DNA of 20,517 bases from Pseudomonadota bacterium. Its GTDB lineage: Bacteria > UBA10199 > 2-02-FULL-44-16 > JAAZCA01. The notes beneath the pieces were generated by a model. The model was given only the letters and a program-made list of their open reading frames with translations. It did no database searches and was not told where the DNA came from. The translations under genes and the position numbers were made by a program. The stretch lies in assembly GCA_043822785.1 (NCBI GenBank), contig JBDRBN010000118.1:1-20517 (forward strand), given 5' to 3'. This document shows, piece by piece, positions 15,705 through 20,517 of the stretch (positions are counted from its first letter, which is position 1; each line of letters opens with the position of its first letter).

Positions 15705-17399
15705 TCACTCGCGCTCTTCTGCAACTCGAAGAACTTCATCGATGGTTGTCTTGCCCTCGAGCACTGCCTCTCTGCCTCTACGCCGCAGATCTAGCACGCC
15801 CTTTTTCCTGACTGCCTCGATGAGCTCATCCTCAGATTTGCCAGCAACCACCATCTCCCTCATCTCTTTGTCGAGCGCAACGATTTCAAAGATTCCAGTG
15901 CGCCCTGAATAACCGCTCATGCGACAATGCTTACATCCCTTTCCTCTATAGACGACCGCATCCGAAGGAAGATCTAGCGTAGCAAGCACAGCCTCATCCA
16001 CTTCAGCCGGCTTTTTACAGTGGGTACAAATTCGGCGCACAAGCCGCTGCGACATCGCGCCCACCAGCGCAGAGCTTACCAAAAACGGCTCGACCCCCAA
16101 ATCTATCAACCGATTTACGCATCCCATGGCAGTGTTTGTGTGAATGGTCGAAAAAACTAAGTGCCCTGTGATTGCAGCGCGCACGGCGATGTCGGCTGTT
16201 TCACGGTCTCGAATTTCACCCACCATGATCACGTCAGGATCCTGGCGAAGTATACTGCGCAAAGCTGATGCAAAAGTTAGCCCTGCTTTCACGTTGACCT
16301 GAGCCTGATTTACGCCTGTAATTTCATTTTCAATGGGATCCTCGATGGACACGATATTTCGATCTTGAGAGTTGATGCGCTGGAGTGCAGCATAGAGCGT
16401 TGTCGTCTTTCCAGAACCGGTAGGCCCACTCACCAAGAAAATGCCATGTGGTATGCTTATGATATGCTCAAAGATCTTGCGCTCCTTCTTGTTAAGACCC
16501 AATTCTTCAAGGTCGATCAGCTGCTCTTTCGTGAGAAGACGTATGACGACCTTTTCGCCAAACATCGTAGGATAGGTGGATACACGCATATCAATTAGCT
16601 GACCCTGAATCCTTACACGCACGCGGCCATCCTGAGGGACCCTCCGTTCGGCTATATCCATATTAGCAATTATCTTTATGCGAGTTACGATTGGAAGATG
16701 CATCTGCCTTGGCAAGATTAAACGTTCTTCAAGTACGCCGTCGATGCGATTGCGCACCTTTAGGGAACTCGTCATAGGTTCGATGTGGATGTCGCTGGCG
16801 TGCTCGCGCAGAGCGCTGCGCATTACACGATCGACCTCAGCTACGATGCGAGCCCCCGAGGCCATCTCGCGAAGCTTGTCCGCCATTTCCTCAGGGCTCT
16901 CTGCACCGTGTTTGATTACCTCAATGCCCTCTGCTTCCTCTGGAGCCGCCTCTAACAAGCGGTAATTCTCGGCAACAAGCCTGTCGATCTCAGCGCCTGA
17001 TGCCAAAACCGGCTGAATTTTGCTTTTTAGCGCTTCGCGCAGCTCGTCGAGGGCAAAGACATCCAGCGGATCAGCCATAGCGATCGTAAGCACATCTTCA
17101 ATCTTAAAAAGGGGCATGAAATGATATCTCTTGGCCAAGCTGACTGGGACCACCTTTGTCACATTAGGATCAATCGCATAGTCCGAAAGGGACATGAAGG
17201 GAATTTGTAGCCGCTGGCTCAAAAACTCCAGCACCTGCTCTTCTGTGACAAAGCCTTTCTTTATGAGGATATGGCCAAGATCTCCGCCAAGATTTTTTTG
17301 AGTTTCATGAGCGACCGCAAGCTGATCAGGGCTTATCAAGCCAGCATCGACCATTTGCTGGCCGATATTATCCAGCACCTGAAAACTGACTTCTGGCAC
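15705..17399 (-). CDS. pilB: Pilus extension ATPase (PilB/MshE/GspE family)
   Basis: ASDIHIEP, DIAERRVPQDGR, Walker A GPTGSGKTT, SIEDPIE, LRQDPDVIMVGEIRD, HTN, tetracysteine CTHC...CKHC. GTG start. Confidence 0.95.
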   Translation of the reverse strand: MPEVSFQVLDNIGQQMVDAGLISPDQLAVAHETQKNLGGDLGHILIKKGFVTEEQVLEFLSQRLQIPFMSLSDYAIDPNVTKVVPVSLAKRYHFMPLFKIEDVLTIAMADPLDVFALDELREALKSKIQPVLASGAEIDRLVAENYRLLEAAPEEAEGIEVIKHGAESPEEMADKLREMASGARIVAEVDRVMRSALREHASDIHIEPMTSSLKVRNRIDGVLEERLILPRQMHLPIVTRIKIIANMDIAERRVPQDGRVRVRIQGQLIDMRVSTYPTMFGEKVVIRLLTKEQLIDLEELGLNKKERKIFEHIISIPHGIFLVSGPTGSGKTTTLYAALQRINSQDRNIVSIEDPIENEITGVNQAQVNVKAGLTFASALRSILRQDPDVIMVGEIRDRETADIAVRAAITGHLVFSTIHTNTAMGCVNRLIDLGVEPFLVSSALVGAMSQRLVRRICTHCKKPAEVDEAVLATLDLPSDAVVYRGKGCKHCRMSGYSGRTGIFEIVALDKEMREMVVAGKSEDELIEAVRKKGVLDLRRRGREAVLEGKTTIDEVLRVAEERE

Positions 17400-17451
17400 T
17401 TATTCCCCCTTGCTGAAAGATGAAGAATTGAGAACTCTCCCAATTTTTCAA

Positions 17452-17480
17452 ATAATATCAGGAGCACGTTGTCCCGTCAA
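17452..17480 (-). promoter_or_regulatory. Putative sigma-70 promoter of the pilus operon
   Basis: Minus strand TTGACG-N17-TATTAT with a TG extension, about 50 nt upstream of the ATPase start. Confidence 0.62.
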
Positions 17481-17526
17481 CGCGAAGAACTGGCATGGAA
17501 TATCTGTGTGTGCTATTAAGGAGCAC

Positions 17527-19125
17527 ATGGGATATTTTGCCTTAAGACGTCCGTCGGGCATAATGTATGCTATCGCTCTTGCCGGACTTGTCTTTATGGT
17601 TGGTTTTACAAAAATCGTGGGATTTGACGTGTGGTGGCACCTCGCTACTGGCTGGATAATAGCCAACATGCATCAGATCCCCCGTACCGACATCTTCTCA
17701 TACACGGCTTTTGGCTCACCCTGGGTCAATCACGAATGGCTCTATGAGCTTCTGCAGTGGTTTATCTACAAATTCGGTGGCACGTTGGCGCTTACTGTCA
17801 TGAAATTTTTGATAACTGCCGCGATCTCATGGCTTTTGTTTATGACTCTAAGCCTTGTTACCCTCTCTCGCAGCGCAGCTATATGGGGAGTCGTGATCTT
17901 CATATGGGGCGCCTCCTACCGGATAATGGATCGACCTTTTCTGCTGGGCATGCTGCTACTTACGTTTTTTTGCTTCACCCTGCACAAGTACTTGCGTGAT
18001 GGTACAAAACTCATATGGAGCCTCCCCTTTCTTCAAATCTTTTGGATAAATAGCCACGGAGGCGGTCTGCTGGGCGTTGAGACCGTGCTGGCATTTGCAT
18101 TGGGCGAATCGATTCAGAACGTAAGCTCTCTCCGCTTAGGCGCTGTGGCTGCCATACCTGCCAAAAGCCGCAGCAAGCTCTGGATCGTTGGGCTCTTGTG
18201 CGTCATAGGTTCGTTCATCAACCCTTGGGGAGCTAATATCTATCTCTTCTATAGAGAACATGCACAGATGAGCACTATATTGGCACAGACCCAAGAGTGG
18301 CTGCCTTTGCTCCATACGGCACTGGATGGACTCATTCCTCCGCTCATATTCATTATAATACTCTTTTTAACGCTACTCTCTTTTATAATAAATGCACGCA
18401 ATGCGCGCATCTCCCATCTCCTTCTCACCGCCCTGACCTCAGCGATCCTGTTCATGGGCCACCGGTTTGGCCCTGAATTCCTAATAGTCAACCTGCCTAT
18501 CCTGTTTCATAATATGAAGGGCCTTGTTGCAAAAATTCCGATCAGACGCCCTGCTGGCTACACCTGCGCATGGGTGAATTTGGCTCTGGCTCTAGTTCTA
18601 TCCGTTACTGCGCTCACATATGGAATCCCCATGGATATAAAAGGCAATATCTTCAATGAAGTCGGAGTGGGTGCTGTAGCAAAATTTGCCCCTTCGCGTA
18701 TGGTCGATTTTCTGGAGTATTATAAAATCGATGGGCAGGTTCTCAATGACATGGGGCTTGGTGGCTATTTGATATTTAGGCGATGGCCGGCTAAGCGCGT
18801 GTTCATAGATGGTCGCACACCCGTATATGGCGACGAGTTCTATAGAGCCTTTGTCGATACTACTCGCAACTCCAGAAACTTCGAAGAGTTGGATCAACAA
18901 TATAAATTTGACTATCTCGTCTTTGCTGCCTACCAAGCCTGGAACTTAAGGCATTTCCACAAATATCTGTGGGAGAACCCTACATGGAAGCTGGTATATG
19001 CGGGCAACGATGGCTTCGTCTATCTGCGCAAAGATGGAAAGAACAGAAAACTAATAAAGAAACTTGAGTTAAAGGAAAGCCCTATAGTTAAAATGATGAT
19101 AGAGGAAGAAAGCAAGCAACGTTGA
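17527..19125 (+). CDS. Polytopic membrane protein, GT-C-fold glycosyltransferase-like
   Basis: Many hydrophobic segments; first-loop motif DVWWHLATG...IPRTDIFSYT..G.PWVNHEWL; WINSHGG; INPWG; QEWLP; soluble C-domain GGYLIF...VFIDGR. Start likely ATG 17527 (AAGGAG upstream) rather than TTG 17410. Confidence 0.7.
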   Translation: MGYFALRRPSGIMYAIALAGLVFMVGFTKIVGFDVWWHLATGWIIANMHQIPRTDIFSYTAFGSPWVNHEWLYELLQWFIYKFGGTLALTVMKFLITAAISWLLFMTLSLVTLSRSAAIWGVVIFIWGASYRIMDRPFLLGMLLLTFFCFTLHKYLRDGTKLIWSLPFLQIFWINSHGGGLLGVETVLAFALGESIQNVSSLRLGAVAAIPAKSRSKLWIVGLLCVIGSFINPWGANIYLFYREHAQMSTILAQTQEWLPLLHTALDGLIPPLIFIIILFLTLLSFIINARNARISHLLLTALTSAILFMGHRFGPEFLIVNLPILFHNMKGLVAKIPIRRPAGYTCAWVNLALALVLSVTALTYGIPMDIKGNIFNEVGVGAVAKFAPSRMVDFLEYYKIDGQVLNDMGLGGYLIFRRWPAKRVFIDGRTPVYGDEFYRAFVDTTRNSRNFEELDQQYKFDYLVFAAYQAWNLRHFHKYLWENPTWKLVYAGNDGFVYLRKDGKNRKLIKKLELKESPIVKMMIEEESKQR

Positions 19126-19138
19126 AAATACTGATCTA

Positions 19139-19186
19139 CCCCACCCTAACCCTCCCCTATTGCGACACAGTCTCATAAAGGGGAGG
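19139..19186 (+). repeat. REP-like CCCCACCCTAACCCTCCC...GGGAGGG palindromic element
   Basis: CCCTCCC (19150-19156) pairs with GGGAGGG (19180-19186) around a 23-nt loop, downstream of the membrane protein gene. Confidence 0.5.
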
Positions 19187-19190
19187 GAAC

Positions 19191-19222
19191 TTACGTTGCT
19201 TGCGTTTCTCGCGTTGCTTGCC
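19191..19222 (+). repeat. 9-bp-period intergenic repeat
   Basis: tta cgttgcttg cgtttctcg cgttgcttg cc; same family as 3320, 6451 and 14454. Confidence 0.6.
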
Positions 19223-19299
19223 TTAATATAGTTTCTCTTGATCTACTACGCGGCTCTGATATCTTTTGATATTAATAACTATAGACAGGTGAGGTTCAC

Positions 19300-20358
19300 A
19301 TGCCAACAACTCTTACGGAATTGCTTTCAAAAGCTGTCTCCCAAAACGCCAGCGATCTGCATATAAGTACAGGACTTCCACCTCAAATAAGAGTAGACGG
19401 CTCACTGCGTCCGCTCCACGACAAACCGCTTTCAGCGGAAGAGACGCAGGCTATTTGCTACGAATGTCTAGATCAGGAACAAGTCATGAAGTTCGAGGCA
19501 GAAAAGTCGATAGACCTCTCCTTCGGCATCGAGGAAACAGCCCGATTCCGCGGTAACATTTACTGGTCGATGGGCACCGTAGCTGGCTCTTTTCGCGCAA
19601 TTCCTTATGAGATTCCTACACCAGCAGAATTGGGCCTCCCAGACGTAGCTTTGGGAATTACGAATAAGCCGCGCGGTTTGGTATTGGTAACAGGTCCGAC
19701 CGGCAGCGGCAAATCAACCACCATCGCTTCACTCATCGAGAGGATCAACCTCAGCCGAAACGATCATATCATAACTATCGAGGATCCAATCGAGTATGTC
19801 TTTACGCAAAAAAAATGCGTAATCAATCAACGCGAAATCGGGCATGACACCTTATCATTTCAAAGGGCCCTTAAGTATGTGCTCAGGCAGGATCCTGACG
19901 TAGTGCTGATAGGAGAGATGCGCGACCTTGAAACCATCCAGAGCGCCATCACCATAGCTGAAACAGGGCACCTCGTGTTCGCTACGCTTCATACGAACAC
20001 CGCGGTTCAGACCATTGATCGCATCATCGATGTTTTTACACCACATCAGCAAGCACAAATCCGCACACAGTTGTCCTTTATCCTGGAAGGAGTATTCTGC
20101 CAGCAGCTGATTCCCAAAAAAGGCGGAGGCAGAGTTCTGGCAATGGAAATACTGCTTCCTCACTCTGGCATCAGAAATACAATTCGCGAAGGCAAAACCC
20201 ACCAGATCGGCGCACAGATGGAGATGGGGCAAAGGGAAACATCAATGATCACGATGGATCAGTCCCTTGCCAAACTAGTGCACGAAGGCAAAGTTGAAGT
20301 CGGGGAGGCAGCACGCCGGTCCGTAAATATGCAGGACTTTGAAGCAGGAGTTCGCTGA
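19300..20358 (+). CDS. pilT: Type IV pilus retraction ATPase PilT
   Basis: ASDLHISTG.PP.IRVDG, GPTGSGKST, ITIEDPIE, LRQDPDVVLIGEMRD, AETGHLVFATLHTN, and GIRNTIRE (AIRNLIRE variant). GAGG RBS. Confidence 0.95.
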   Translation: MPTTLTELLSKAVSQNASDLHISTGLPPQIRVDGSLRPLHDKPLSAEETQAICYECLDQEQVMKFEAEKSIDLSFGIEETARFRGNIYWSMGTVAGSFRAIPYEIPTPAELGLPDVALGITNKPRGLVLVTGPTGSGKSTTIASLIERINLSRNDHIITIEDPIEYVFTQKKCVINQREIGHDTLSFQRALKYVLRQDPDVVLIGEMRDLETIQSAITIAETGHLVFATLHTNTAVQTIDRIIDVFTPHQQAQIRTQLSFILEGVFCQQLIPKKGGGRVLAMEILLPHSGIRNTIREGKTHQIGAQMEMGQRETSMITMDQSLAKLVHEGKVEVGEAARRSVNMQDFEAGVR

Positions 20359-20377
20359 AAAGGCGTTATGTCATCTC

Positions 20378-20517
20378 TGTGGTACCCAAGCGATAATGTC
20401 AGGGTAATTGCCCAAGGGAAAATGTCAGTAGATAATACCTTCTATGGGGTAAGCGTAGGAGGTGGAAGGGATGCTACTGACGATGAAGGAAAACAATAGG
20501 TTAAAGGTGATGCAGGA
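20378..20517 (+). mobile_element. Left end of a second IS1202/ISNCY-type insertion sequence, running off the window edge
   Basis: TGTGGTACCCAAGCGATAATGTCAGGGTAATTGCCCAAGGGAAAATGTCAG: terminal TGT and two 26-nt-period repeats; 42/51 identical to 141-91 on the minus strand. Confidence 0.75.
20471..20517 (+). CDS. Transposase N-terminus (partial)
   Basis: AGGAGG upstream of ATG 20471. MLLTMKENNRLKVMQ aligns with the left-edge INLSMRETRRYEVMQ. Confidence 0.68.
   Translation, partial: MLLTMKENNRLKVMQ

Noticed and set aside
3371..16965. Numerous plus-strand ORFs of 60-136 aa inside the pilus cluster, and minus-strand ORFs inside the plus-strand genes elsewhere
   Set aside because: All are antisense or out-of-frame shadows of well-supported genes, with no independent motifs.
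17410..17526. N-terminal 39 codons of the tracked 571-aa ORF, and TGGCATG at 17491 as a sigma-54 site
   Set aside because: The segment overlaps the divergent promoter region and a better RBS precedes ATG 17527. No TTGC-like -12 element lies at the required spacing.

Overview
The window holds three blocks between two related IS ends. (1) At 250-2950 (+) lie a radical SAM/SPASM enzyme, a stand-alone PqqD/RRE-like protein and an M29-type aminopeptidase. This is a candidate RiPP-modification locus whose precursor region is cut by an IS end at 141. (2) At 17399-3358 (-) is a near-complete MSHA-like type IV pilus cluster in rearranged order: ATPase, platform protein, two pilin-like paralogues, major pilin, four minor pilins, a PilX/MshP-like pilin fused to three tandem Cys-containing repeats, ExeA/MshM ATPase, TPR protein, PilM/N/O/P-like proteins and a secretin. 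A cold-shock-like protein follows it. (3) Divergently (+) lie a GT-C-like polytopic membrane protein and PilT. Both edges carry 42/51-nt-identical IS1202/ISNCY-type left ends with outward-reading transposase starts, so the window is probably a contig broken at IS copies. Gene style suggests a delta-proteobacterium-like organism (inference only). All calls come from motif recognition by eye, without database searches.
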